This document shows positions 1 to 8,614 of a stretch of 64,000 nucleotides of DNA, in pieces. Source of the DNA: a virus (taxonomy: Duplodnaviria; Caudoviricetes). Location: the IMG/VR virus record IMGVR_UViG_3300008740_000001, positions 139,860-203,859 of that record; one strand, 5' to 3'. Each line of letters starts with the position of its first letter. The first letter of the stretch is position 1. The translations under genes and the position numbers were made by a program. Under the pieces are notes generated by a model. The model worked only from the letters and a program-made list of their open reading frames with translations, did no database searches and was not told where the DNA came from.

Positions 1-19
1 GGGCAAGGACATATCAGAA

Positions 20-1030
20 GTGTGTCCCGAAGGATTAAGAGAGGAGTGGGCTTTGTCTTCTGAACGCATGCGCGCTTATCTGAAATCCTTTACAATTGCA
101 AAGATATCCCTAGACGACAATTGTTTTTTCGACCTGATCCCGAAACGTCATTTAATGGAATTGTGCGAAGTTAAGAATAAGATAGCAGAGCATGTTTTCC
201 AGACATATGAGAGGCCAAGGAATTATGAACATCTCTTGGCAGTCACGAAACTTGTGGAAGACATCGCGCAACAGCCGTTGAAAGTAAACTCCGCGAACAT
301 AAAACACCTCAGAGCCAGCTTGCAGGCTCGAAATTTTTTAAAGAAAATTCAACGATCATCGTCGTATTGTAAATATGTCGTCGACGGAACTAAAACCGGC
401 AGGTTGACCGTAAGGCCAAACAGCTTTCCTATTTTGACAATGAATAAAGATTTTCGCTCTGTCCTAGAGCCTCAAAATGATTGGTTTGTCGAATTAGATT
501 ACAATGCCGCCGAATTGCGAGTATTGTTGGCCTTGCTTGAAAAGGAACAGCCAAAAGGCGATATCCACAAGTGGAACTTGGAAAATGTGTTCAAAGGAAT
601 GAATACCAGATCTGGGGCGAAAAAGAGGGCCTTTGCTTGGCTGTATAACCCAAATTCAGAAGATACGCTTATGGATCACTTCTACGAAAGAAACGTGGTT
701 GTGGATAAATTTTGGGACGGCTCTAACGTAAACACCTGTTTTGGCAGAACTATTCCGGCTGACTCCTTTCACGCACTAAACTATATTGTCCAAAGCACCT
801 GTGCGGATATGGTCTTGGAGCAAGCATGCAAAATACATCGATTGCTGGCTCATAAACGCTCCTCAATCGCGTTTGTGGTTCACGACAGTATAGTGCTCGA
901 CTTTGCGGACGAAGACCGTCAGACGCTAGCTGAGCTTGTTAGTGAATATTCCACTACAAGGTTAGGTCAGTTCATGGTAAACTTGAACGCAGGAAAAAAC
1001 TTTGGCAACCTTAAACCATTGAGGACGTAA
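20..1030 (+). CDS. polA: Family A DNA polymerase, polymerase domain (5' end probably outside the window)
   Basis: Motif A ELDYNAAELR, motif B RSGAKKRAFAWLY, LNYIVQSTCAD, motif C VHDS; frame is open back to base 2. Confidence 0.85.
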   Translation: MCPEGLREEWALSSERMRAYLKSFTIAKISLDDNCFFDLIPKRHLMELCEVKNKIAEHVFQTYERPRNYEHLLAVTKLVEDIAQQPLKVNSANIKHLRASLQARNFLKKIQRSSSYCKYVVDGTKTGRLTVRPNSFPILTMNKDFRSVLEPQNDWFVELDYNAAELRVLLALLEKEQPKGDIHKWNLENVFKGMNTRSGAKKRAFAWLYNPNSEDTLMDHFYERNVVVDKFWDGSNVNTCFGRTIPADSFHALNYIVQSTCADMVLEQACKIHRLLAHKRSSIAFVVHDSIVLDFADEDRQTLAELVSEYSTTRLGQFMVNLNAGKNFGNLKPLRT

Positions 1031-1876
1031 ATGGATAAAATCATCGGCCTAGGCGCCGCCGGCTGCAATGTGGTCAAAGAATTTCAGAAATTCCCACAAT
1101 ATACTGGATATCAGCTTGACGTTGGCCTTAAAGGTCTAAAGAAAAATGGAATATATTCTATAGAACCGCAGGAAACCCCAGAAGCATACGAATCTGGTTG
1201 TCCTTCTGTTAAAAATTTTCTGAAAGAGGCGAAGCCTACAGTAAAGTTCGTACTTGCTGGATCTGGCAAAATTGCAGGTGCGACACTTTCAATTTTAGAG
1301 CAAATCAAGGATAGAGATATCCACGTTTTGTTTGTGAAGTCTGACGAGCGGCGCCTGAGTGAACACGCACGGCTTACTGAACGTGCAACTTTTGGAATCT
1401 TGCAGGAATACGCCAGATCGGGGCTTTTGGGCTCTATTGAACTTGTTAGCAACAAAGCGGTCAGTGGTATTTTGGGGAAAGTTCCGGTTATGGGATATTA
1501 TCCAGCGATTAACGAACTAATGATCAACACCATGCACATGATTAACGTATTTGACAACTCAACTCCTATTATATCGGACTTTTCCCCGGTTTCAGAGATT
1601 AATAGAATTGCAACGTATGGGGTCTGCCCGTTCGAAGAAAAAAATAAAGAAAATTTGTTTTTTCCACTTGACAACGTTCGACAAATGAGGTATTATTTTG
1701 CTATAAATCAAAAACAATTAGAAGAAGACACAGAATTAAACTATAAAATTAATGAGTTTTTGGACGACTCACAAGAAGAAGAAATCGACACTTCATACGG
1801 AATTTATTCTACAAATTATGAACAAAATTTTGTATACTATAAACTATACACTAACGCAATACAGGAGTACAAATGA
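1031..1876 (+). CDS. Divergent tubulin/FtsZ-family protein
   Basis: N-terminal KIIGLGAAGCNV matches the FtsZ/tubulin T1 loop; signature-loop position reads AGSGKIAGA instead of GGGTG(S/T)G. Confidence 0.6.
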   Translation: MDKIIGLGAAGCNVVKEFQKFPQYTGYQLDVGLKGLKKNGIYSIEPQETPEAYESGCPSVKNFLKEAKPTVKFVLAGSGKIAGATLSILEQIKDRDIHVLFVKSDERRLSEHARLTERATFGILQEYARSGLLGSIELVSNKAVSGILGKVPVMGYYPAINELMINTMHMINVFDNSTPIISDFSPVSEINRIATYGVCPFEEKNKENLFFPLDNVRQMRYYFAINQKQLEEDTELNYKINEFLDDSQEEEIDTSYGIYSTNYEQNFVYYKLYTNAIQEYK

Positions 1877-2157
1877 AAGCGTATACGGGAACTTTTACCA
1901 AGGTGGATGGTAGCAAACGAACAATGAATTTTGTTCGCTTGACAGACTTGCCAGACAGCTTCCTCGCCGCGCAAATTAAGGGGCGAAATCTCTCAGAAAC
2001 ACGAATTCGAGCCAAGGCTAGGATGGTTGCTGAGGGGAAGGAGACTGTATGGGATCTAGAGAAGAACACGTTTCGTATTTTTAACTGGAAAACGACCACC
2101 GGTGAGGTTACAGAAATCGAGATCGAAAATAAAAACTTTTTTGAAAATAATACTTGA
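1873..2157 (+). CDS. Conserved phage protein, WYL/SH3-like (DUF2693-like)
   Basis: GTFTKVDGSKRTM and WDLEKNTFRIFNW pattern; ATGA-coupled to upstream gene. Confidence 0.5.
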   Translation: MKAYTGTFTKVDGSKRTMNFVRLTDLPDSFLAAQIKGRNLSETRIRAKARMVAEGKETVWDLEKNTFRIFNWKTTTGEVTEIEIENKNFFENNT

Positions 2158-2182
2158 CTTTTATATAAAGCGGTGTTATATT
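2154..2182 (+). promoter_or_regulatory. sigma70-type promoter
   Basis: TTGACT-17 bp-TATATT with TG extension, upstream of the SSB gene. Confidence 0.75.
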
Positions 2183-2248
2183 TAATAACAGAGGATCGGA
2201 ATATTTGCCGATTCTACTATAGCCAAGAGCAAAAAGGAGAAAAGACTA

Positions 2249-2989
2249 ATGGCAATTGATATGAAGGCTATGCGCGCCAAGTTAAGCGCACTCAAGAACG
2301 GGGGTCAGAGGAACACTTTCTGGCGCCCACAGGATGGGGATCAGACGATCCGCATTGTTACCCCGGAAGACGGAGATCCCTTTAAGGACTACTTCTTCCA
2401 CTATAACGTGGGCAACAATAGTGGGTTTTTGTGCCCAAAGAGAAACTACGGAGATGACTGCGCAGTTTGCAACTTTGTTCGTGCCCTTTATGATGAAGGC
2501 ACGGAGGAATCTGTAAAGATGGCAAAGTCCCTCACAGCCCGTCAGCGTTTCTTCAGTCCCGTCGTTGTACGTGGCGAGGAGAAGGAAGGGGTCCGCATTT
2601 GGGGTTATGGCAAGACCGCATATGAGACTCTTCTGAATCTGGTCCTTAACCCAGATTACGGTGATATCACCGATGTTGATGAGGGCACAGATCTTTCCGT
2701 TAACTACGGAAAGCCCGCCGGAGCTTCGTTCCCGCAAACGAAGATCCAACCTCGCCGTCGCACTAGTGCACTTGCGGATTCACCAGAGTTCGTGGCTGAG
2801 TTACTCAGCAATATTCCTGAGTTTGAAAGTCTCTTTGAAAAGAAGAGCACACAGGATGTTGAAGGACTCCTAGACGCTTTTTTGTCTGACGATGAAGATG
2901 TTGAAGAGCGCTCTAGTGAAACTGTTCGCTACACTTCAAAGAGTGAAACCTCAAGTGTTGATGAAGCGTTTGACTCGCTTCTAGCTTAA
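2249..2989 (+). CDS. Single-stranded DNA-binding protein, T4 gp32-like
   Basis: FWRP..G..IRI, H..CP..C..C zinc site, RIWGYGKT, acidic C-terminal tail; AGGAG RBS. Confidence 0.8.
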   Translation: MAIDMKAMRAKLSALKNGGQRNTFWRPQDGDQTIRIVTPEDGDPFKDYFFHYNVGNNSGFLCPKRNYGDDCAVCNFVRALYDEGTEESVKMAKSLTARQRFFSPVVVRGEEKEGVRIWGYGKTAYETLLNLVLNPDYGDITDVDEGTDLSVNYGKPAGASFPQTKIQPRRRTSALADSPEFVAELLSNIPEFESLFEKKSTQDVEGLLDAFLSDDEDVEERSSETVRYTSKSETSSVDEAFDSLLA

Positions 2990-3003
2990 CGACAGCGCCC
3001 ACA

Positions 3004-3034
3004 GGGAGGCACAGGGTTATCAGGTGCCTCACCC
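3004..3034 (+). other. Hairpin between SSB and tRNA-Met (terminator or processing site)
   Basis: GAGGCAC 3006-3012 pairs with GTGCCTC 3024-3030; weak T tract follows. Confidence 0.45.
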
Positions 3035-3069
3035 TTTATAGTAAATAGTATTGTAATTACCAATTTTAT

Positions 3070-3145
<76 letters not shown>

Positions 3146-3167
3146 TTTTTTTAAGGCCGGAGATAAC

Positions 3168-3449
3168 ATGTTTAAGAAAATCGCAATTTTGATTATGCTC
3201 ACCCTCACCGCCAGCAGTACTGCTATGGCTGCCGGGTTTGAAGCCGACACAAAGTTAACACGCGCTGAGGCAGTCAGTGGCTTGCACTTGCACCATCATC
3301 ATCCACCTCCACCAAAGCCTCGTCCACATCGAGCACCGCCACCGAAATACGTGGCACCAGTGGTTACTGCCGCAGTCGTCTTGGCTGTGGGAGCAATTAT
3401 CCTTGTGGATTCGCTCAATCACCACCCAACACACGCTCACGTACATTAG
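3168..3449 (+). CDS. Exported His/Pro-rich membrane protein
   Basis: Signal-peptide-like N-terminus (..AMA), HHHHPPPP tract, C-terminal hydrophobic helix; GGAG RBS. Confidence 0.6.
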   Translation: MFKKIAILIMLTLTASSTAMAAGFEADTKLTRAEAVSGLHLHHHHPPPPKPRPHRAPPPKYVAPVVTAAVVLAVGAIILVDSLNHHPTHAHVH

Positions 3450-3452
3450 GAA

Positions 3453-4580
3453 ATGCTTAGAATGGCGAAAAGAAAGAAGAGTGGCGCCGGCAAGATGTCT
3501 ATTGCCGATATGCGTTCAATTATCAACAAAAAGGCTGGAATGGAAGTCGCCCACAGCCTAGCCGGTGAGAATCCAACCGAAGTAAAAGATTGGATTCCCA
3601 CCGGTTCTCGTTGGCTGGATTCAATTATTGCCCGGGGCAAACGAGCCGGGATCCCCGTAGGCAAGGTCACGGAGATCGCAGGTCTCGAAGCTTCTGGCAA
3701 GTCTTTCTTGGCTGCACAAGTTGCCGCCAACGCGCAGAAGATGGGCATCGACGTAATCTATTTTGATTCTGAGTCTGCCATCGACCCAATGTTTTTGACA
3801 CGGGCAGGGTGTGATATTAATGATCTTCTATATGTTCAAGCCTCTTCTGTTGAGTTTGTTCTGGAGACTATCGAAGATTTGCTGGCCAATAATGAGAACA
3901 GGATGCTTTTCATCTGGGACTCTCTAGCACTGACGCCGGCTATATCGGACGTTGAAGGCGACTTTAACCCACAATCTTCTATGGCTATGAAGGCGCGCAT
4001 TCTCGCCAAGGGCATGAGTAAACTAACAGTTCCGATTGCCAACTCGCAGTCGACGTTTTTGGTCCTGAATCAGCTTAAGTCTAATATTACGCGCTCACCA
4101 TCTGAAGCCCTTGTTACGCCTTATATGACACCGGGCGGCAAGGCTATGATTTACGCCTATTCGCTTCGGATTTGGCTAACTCGCCGGAAGGCAAAAGCCA
4201 GCTTTATTACAGACGACAAGGGGTTCCGCATCGGTTCAGAAGTAAAGGTAAAGTTGGAGAAATCACGCTTTGGAACACAGGGCCGTCAGTGCAACTTCAA
4301 AATTTTGTGGGGCACGGAAGATGTTGGTGTGCAAGACCGGGAATCATGGTTTGAAGCCATCAAGGGATCAGAACATATCAAGCAGGCCGGCGCATGGTTT
4401 ACACTAATGTACGCTGACGGCACCGAAGAACGTTTTCAGGCGTCAAAGTGGGCGAAAAAGCTAGAAAATGAGAAGTTCCTTGCTAGGGTAGAAGAGCTTA
4501 TGGATATCGAAGTTGTGAGAAAATTCGATGCACGCGAAGGCACTGCCGAAGAATTTTACGGGGAAAAAGAAGAAAATTAA
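3453..4580 (+). CDS. recA: RecA recombinase (start may be 3462)
   Basis: WIPTGS..LD, Walker A GLEASGKS, FDSESAID, WDS, NQLK, TPGGKAM. Confidence 0.95.
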   Translation: MLRMAKRKKSGAGKMSIADMRSIINKKAGMEVAHSLAGENPTEVKDWIPTGSRWLDSIIARGKRAGIPVGKVTEIAGLEASGKSFLAAQVAANAQKMGIDVIYFDSESAIDPMFLTRAGCDINDLLYVQASSVEFVLETIEDLLANNENRMLFIWDSLALTPAISDVEGDFNPQSSMAMKARILAKGMSKLTVPIANSQSTFLVLNQLKSNITRSPSEALVTPYMTPGGKAMIYAYSLRIWLTRRKAKASFITDDKGFRIGSEVKVKLEKSRFGTQGRQCNFKILWGTEDVGVQDRESWFEAIKGSEHIKQAGAWFTLMYADGTEERFQASKWAKKLENEKFLARVEELMDIEVVRKFDAREGTAEEFYGEKEEN

Positions 4581-4589
4581 AAAAAACAC

Positions 4590-4618
4590 TTGACTACTTA
4601 TTGCAAAAGTGTTATATT
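4590..4618 (+). promoter_or_regulatory. sigma70-type promoter
   Basis: TTGACT-17-TATATT. Confidence 0.75.
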
Positions 4619-4639
4619 ATTAATACAAAAGGAGAAAAA

Positions 4640-4975
4640 ATGAGATTTTCATTAGTAGCACTGCTTGCGCTCCTAACTAGCGGCTGCGCAGCGCATGCCC
4701 ATCGACCCGTTTCTACGGTATATGTGGCAACCCCGCCTCCCACAACGAAGGTTGTGTATGTGGCGCCATCCCCGACAATCCGATACCACTACGTGTATAC
4801 AAACAGTACTTGGGTCCGTCGCACAGGCGCACCACCTGCAGGATCGCGGTATCATGCTCATCCAAGGCACAGTCACAGTGTGATTGTTCACCGTTCAACC
4901 AGCCCTAGGGCTAGCCATGGACACCAACCTCGTGCAAAGAGCACAACGAAGGTTGTCCGCCGCTCTACACGATAA
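4640..4975 (+). CDS. Lipoprotein, His/Pro/Thr-rich
   Basis: MRFSLVALLALLTSG-C lipobox; AGGAG RBS supports start at 4640. Confidence 0.65.
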   Translation: MRFSLVALLALLTSGCAAHAHRPVSTVYVATPPPTTKVVYVAPSPTIRYHYVYTNSTWVRRTGAPPAGSRYHAHPRHSHSVIVHRSTSPRASHGHQPRAKSTTKVVRRSTR

Positions 4976-4988
4976 CCAAGAGGTGTAT

Positions 4989-5513
4989 ATGCGCCACATC
5001 AGCGCTCTTTTCACGGCAGCTATTTTTTCAGGTTGTACTTTCCATGCCGACGCAGACGGCTGGATTTCACCCGGATACCCAGAAGACACCGGTACGACAA
5101 TTGTCGATACCAGCGGCCATTCTGGCAATCATTCTATGATCGTCGATACATACGCCGAATGCTGGCTTATGCAGAACAACACTAATGGAGAGTATGGTTG
5201 GTACTTTGAAGCAGTGGTGGACTACGCCAACCATCACTTGGAGGCAATTGACGAGGTGTGGGTTGATGTCTACGACGGCGGAGGCCTTCTATTTTCTCAA
5301 CTGATGTACGACGAGGTTGACTACGAAGCTTGGCTCCGACCACCTGCAGCAGCAACTTTCGGATATCAGACCGACGAGTTGGACGGTGTGTTCATGTACG
5401 CAAATGTTGAACAAAATGTAAACCTTAAGTGCAACTCTAACATCCCTTATGATGTGTATACTACGGTTTATGATATTTATGGGAATTACGAAACAACTGT
5501 AGAATATCTTTAA
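4989..5513 (+). CDS. Lipoprotein, acidic beta-rich
   Basis: MRHISALFTAAIFSG-C lipobox; GAGGTG RBS supports start at 4989. Confidence 0.65.
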   Translation: MRHISALFTAAIFSGCTFHADADGWISPGYPEDTGTTIVDTSGHSGNHSMIVDTYAECWLMQNNTNGEYGWYFEAVVDYANHHLEAIDEVWVDVYDGGGLLFSQLMYDEVDYEAWLRPPAAATFGYQTDELDGVFMYANVEQNVNLKCNSNIPYDVYTTVYDIYGNYETTVEYL

Positions 5514-5521
5514 ACTACTGC

Positions 5522-5567
5522 TTGACTCAGGCCCCTGTATCTGTTATATTATATGATATAGGGGCCT
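5522..5567 (+). promoter_or_regulatory. sigma70-type promoter overlapped by a 13-bp inverted repeat
   Basis: TTGACT-17-TATATT; AGGCCCCTGTATC / GATATAGGGGCCT flank the -10 box. Confidence 0.7.
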
Positions 5568-5589
5568 TTGTGTATATAAGGAGAAGACT

Positions 5590-6069
5590 GTGAATATCGG
5601 AATAGACTTTCATGATACAATTTCGTATGCACCCGAGTTTTTTAAAAAACTGATCAGAGATTGGCGCGGAAATGTTTATATTGTAACTGGTACCCCGCCT
5701 TCAAAGTCGAACGAACTAATCCGAGATTTAGAAAAATATGGTTTCACTCCAGATGATTTCAAAGGCATTCTTATGGGCTTTGAATACGACAAGAATAAAA
5801 TGAACTTGTCACACTTCAGGAAGATGGCTAAACACAAACTAAAACTCTTGCAAGAAAACGATATTCGGGTTTATTTCGACGATAATCCTTTTTATGTAGA
5901 CTATGTTAGAGACCACGGCATAGTCGCTATGCAGCCAATTTTGAATAAAGAGTACCTTGCACGCTTCGAAGAAGCCGACCCCTTTTTTACTTGTAACCTT
6001 CAAAAGATGCAATTCGATTATCTAGAGGATCTGGAAAATGATACCATGGTCCGATCAAAACACGAATGA
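5590..6069 (+). CDS. HAD-superfamily phosphatase-like protein
   Basis: IGIDFHDTI (motif I variant), IVTG, YFDDN (motif IV). Confidence 0.6.
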   Translation: MNIGIDFHDTISYAPEFFKKLIRDWRGNVYIVTGTPPSKSNELIRDLEKYGFTPDDFKGILMGFEYDKNKMNLSHFRKMAKHKLKLLQENDIRVYFDDNPFYVDYVRDHGIVAMQPILNKEYLARFEEADPFFTCNLQKMQFDYLEDLENDTMVRSKHE

Positions 6070-6299
6070 GGCTTGTAGATTGCGAAACTCCAGAAGTAAA
6101 ACACTTAAAGGTGGGAGACTTAGTAACCTTTGACCCAAAACACTGCGGCCCCGAGTGGGCCGAAAAGATTGCAATTATTCTCGATATTGACATGGATATG
6201 TTGACACTTTGGTGCGAATATGATATATTTGATAGACAACCATGGTGGGCCGTAACCATATTAAGCAAGGCAACAAATGAAACGAGTATTGATTATTGA
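6066..6299 (+). CDS. Small SH3/KOW-like family protein
   Basis: LKVGDLV...AIIL...W pattern shared with the 41-63 kb paralogs. Confidence 0.55.
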   Translation: MRLVDCETPEVKHLKVGDLVTFDPKHCGPEWAEKIAIILDIDMDMLTLWCEYDIFDRQPWWAVTILSKATNETSIDY

Positions 6300-7242
6300 C
6301 GCACTAAATATGTTTTTTAGAGCGTACATTGTAGACCCAAGTCTTTCCACTAACGGCCAACCCATTGGTGGTCTTAAAGGCTTTCTTAAGATTTTGCAGA
6401 AGCAGATCCGCGAGACAAAGCCAGACGAAGTGGTGATTGCTTGGGACGGCCAAGGTGGTTCCCGCAAGCGTAAGTCGGTTAACAAGAATTACAAAGAAGG
6501 ACGCAAGCCAATACGTTTGAATCGTTCCATTCGGAACATGACCGAGAACGAAGAAATGGAAAACAAGGTGTGGCAACAAACACGCCTATTCGACTATCTA
6601 AACGAGATGCCGATCTCTCAGGTGGTCTTGCCAGAGGTGGAGGCTGATGACGTGATTGCCGCTGTAAAGATTCTCGATTATTATCGCGGCTGGCAAAAGG
6701 TTATCGTTTCCAGCGATAAAGACTTTCTGCAATTGTGCGATCACGAAACCGTTTTGTTTCGTCCAATTCAGAAGGTGGTGATGAACCGAAATGATGTTGT
6801 GGAAGAATATGGAATCCACCCAGAGAATATGGCCCTCGCCCGCGCTATCGTTGGTGACAAGTCGGACAACTTGGCTGGCATTTCTGGCATTGGTTTGAAA
6901 ACTGTTGCTAAGAGATTTCCATTTTTGGCAAACGAGGAAAATTGTACAATCGATAACTTGATTGAACACTGCGAAAACCACGAAGAATCAAGCTTGAAGG
7001 TATACACTTCGATTGTTGAAAATAGAGAACTAATTGAGGAAAACTATAAGCTTATGCAGCTTTATGTTCCATCGATTTCCGTACAGGGAAGACAGAAGGT
7101 AAAGTACGCCGTAGAAAACTCCGAAAAGAGCTTTAATCAAACAGAAATTAATGTTATGATGCTACAAGATGGTATGGGAGTCTGGGATTGGACGACCCTA
7201 TTTACCACCATGAAACGAATCGTAGCAAACTCAAAGGAATAG
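6277..7242 (+). CDS. 5'-3' exonuclease / flap endonuclease (Pol I N-terminal-like, T4 RNase H-like)
   Basis: LIIDALN, AWDG, EADDVIA, SSDKDFLQL, GDKSDNLAGISGIGLKT. Confidence 0.92.
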   Translation: MKRVLIIDALNMFFRAYIVDPSLSTNGQPIGGLKGFLKILQKQIRETKPDEVVIAWDGQGGSRKRKSVNKNYKEGRKPIRLNRSIRNMTENEEMENKVWQQTRLFDYLNEMPISQVVLPEVEADDVIAAVKILDYYRGWQKVIVSSDKDFLQLCDHETVLFRPIQKVVMNRNDVVEEYGIHPENMALARAIVGDKSDNLAGISGIGLKTVAKRFPFLANEENCTIDNLIEHCENHEESSLKVYTSIVENRELIEENYKLMQLYVPSISVQGRQKVKYAVENSEKSFNQTEINVMMLQDGMGVWDWTTLFTTMKRIVANSKE

Positions 7243-7251
7243 GGGCGCCCA

Positions 7252-8610
7252 ATGGAAGAAAAGGTGGATTTCGGCCGCTACGGTAAGAGGTTTCAAGAGG
7301 GACTGTGCCAGCTGGTTTTGCAAGATAGGCCCTTTGCTGATCGTATCACTGAAGTGCTGGATTTAAACTTTTTGGAACTGGCATATTTGCAGACTTTCGT
7401 TAAGAAGATTGTAGAATATCGTGACAAGTATGGTGTTCACCCCGAATACGAAACCATGCTTACGATCTTGCGAACCGAAATAGAAGACGAGCCAGAAGTT
7501 GTCCAAAAGCAAGTACGCAGCTTCTTTGCGCGCATTCACAAGTCCGACGTTGAAGGGCCAGAGTATATCAAAGAAATTTCTCTAGATTTTTGCAGGAAGC
7601 AGAAATTGAAAGAAGCTATGTTGGAATCTGTGAAGCTTCTGAAGTCATCCTCATATGATGAGATTTCGCAAGTTATCAACGAGGCTCTTAAGCTCGGATC
7701 TGACAATAATTTTGGATATGACTATGTTGCTGATTTCGAGGAACGCTTTAAGTTTAAGGCCCGGGATCCGATCTCAACAGGCTGGGCCGAGATCGACGCG
7801 ATCTGTAAGACCGGTCTCGGCAAGGGCGAACTGGGCGTCGTCATTGCTCCCACGGGTACTGGAAAGTCGATGGTATTGGTACATTTAGGCGCGGAAGCCT
7901 TACGACAAGGCAAAACGGTAGTGCAGTATACATTGGAACTTCAGGACACAACCATCGCCACGCGCTATGATAGCTGCTTAACCAACATCCCACTAGATGA
8001 ACTAGTGGGGTTCAAGGAAGAGATCTTTGAATTGGTTCAAGATATCGAAGGGAAGTTAATTATTAAGGAATACCCGACAAAATCAGCCTCTCTTAAGACG
8101 ATTAACAACCATCTCGATGGCCTGAAGAAGAGAGATATTGATGTTGATGTGGTAATCGTTGATTATGCAGATCTTTTGCGACCAATTAATTCTCAAAGAG
8201 AGAAAAGAATGGAACTGGAGGCTATTTACGAAGGACTACGCGCAATTGCACAAGAGCGCAAATGCGCAGTATGGACGGCCTCGCAGACAAATCGCGGAGG
8301 TCTGAACGCAGAGGTGATTACAATGGAGTCAATTTCAGAGGCTTTTAACAAGTGTTTTGTTGCAGACTTTATTTTTTCGGTTTCTCGCACAGTGCAAGAC
8401 AAGGCCACCAATAGTGGGCGAGTATTCATTGCAAAAAACAGAAATGGCCCTGATGGTTTGATTTATCCTATATACATGGATACTAGCAGAGTCAAGATAA
8501 AAGTATTTCCCAGCCAAAACGAAACCATTGAGGGCATCGCTGCCGTATCAGCTAAAGAACAGCAACAGTCTCTAAAGGACAAGTACAAAAAATTTAAAAG
8601 GAAAGATTAA
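7252..8610 (+). CDS. DnaB-like replicative helicase
   Basis: Walker A APTGTGKS, TLE, IVDYADLL, WTASQTNR, KNRNGPDG. Confidence 0.9.
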   Translation: MEEKVDFGRYGKRFQEGLCQLVLQDRPFADRITEVLDLNFLELAYLQTFVKKIVEYRDKYGVHPEYETMLTILRTEIEDEPEVVQKQVRSFFARIHKSDVEGPEYIKEISLDFCRKQKLKEAMLESVKLLKSSSYDEISQVINEALKLGSDNNFGYDYVADFEERFKFKARDPISTGWAEIDAICKTGLGKGELGVVIAPTGTGKSMVLVHLGAEALRQGKTVVQYTLELQDTTIATRYDSCLTNIPLDELVGFKEEIFELVQDIEGKLIIKEYPTKSASLKTINNHLDGLKKRDIDVDVVIVDYADLLRPINSQREKRMELEAIYEGLRAIAQERKCAVWTASQTNRGGLNAEVITMESISEAFNKCFVADFIFSVSRTVQDKATNSGRVFIAKNRNGPDGLIYPIYMDTSRVKIKVFPSQNETIEGIAAVSAKEQQQSLKDKYKKFKRKD

Positions 8611-8614
8611 TACA

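Noticed and set aside
1031-1876. Evidence for a nucleus-forming jumbo phage
   Set aside because: A tubulin-like gene alone is insufficient. No chimallin or multisubunit phage RNAP gene was recognised, and the promoters are host-sigma70 type.
3000-3034. c-di-GMP-I riboswitch (GCACAGGG)
   Set aside because: The GCAAA/GNRA-receptor architecture and second stem are missing, and it lies 3' of a gene, before a tRNA.
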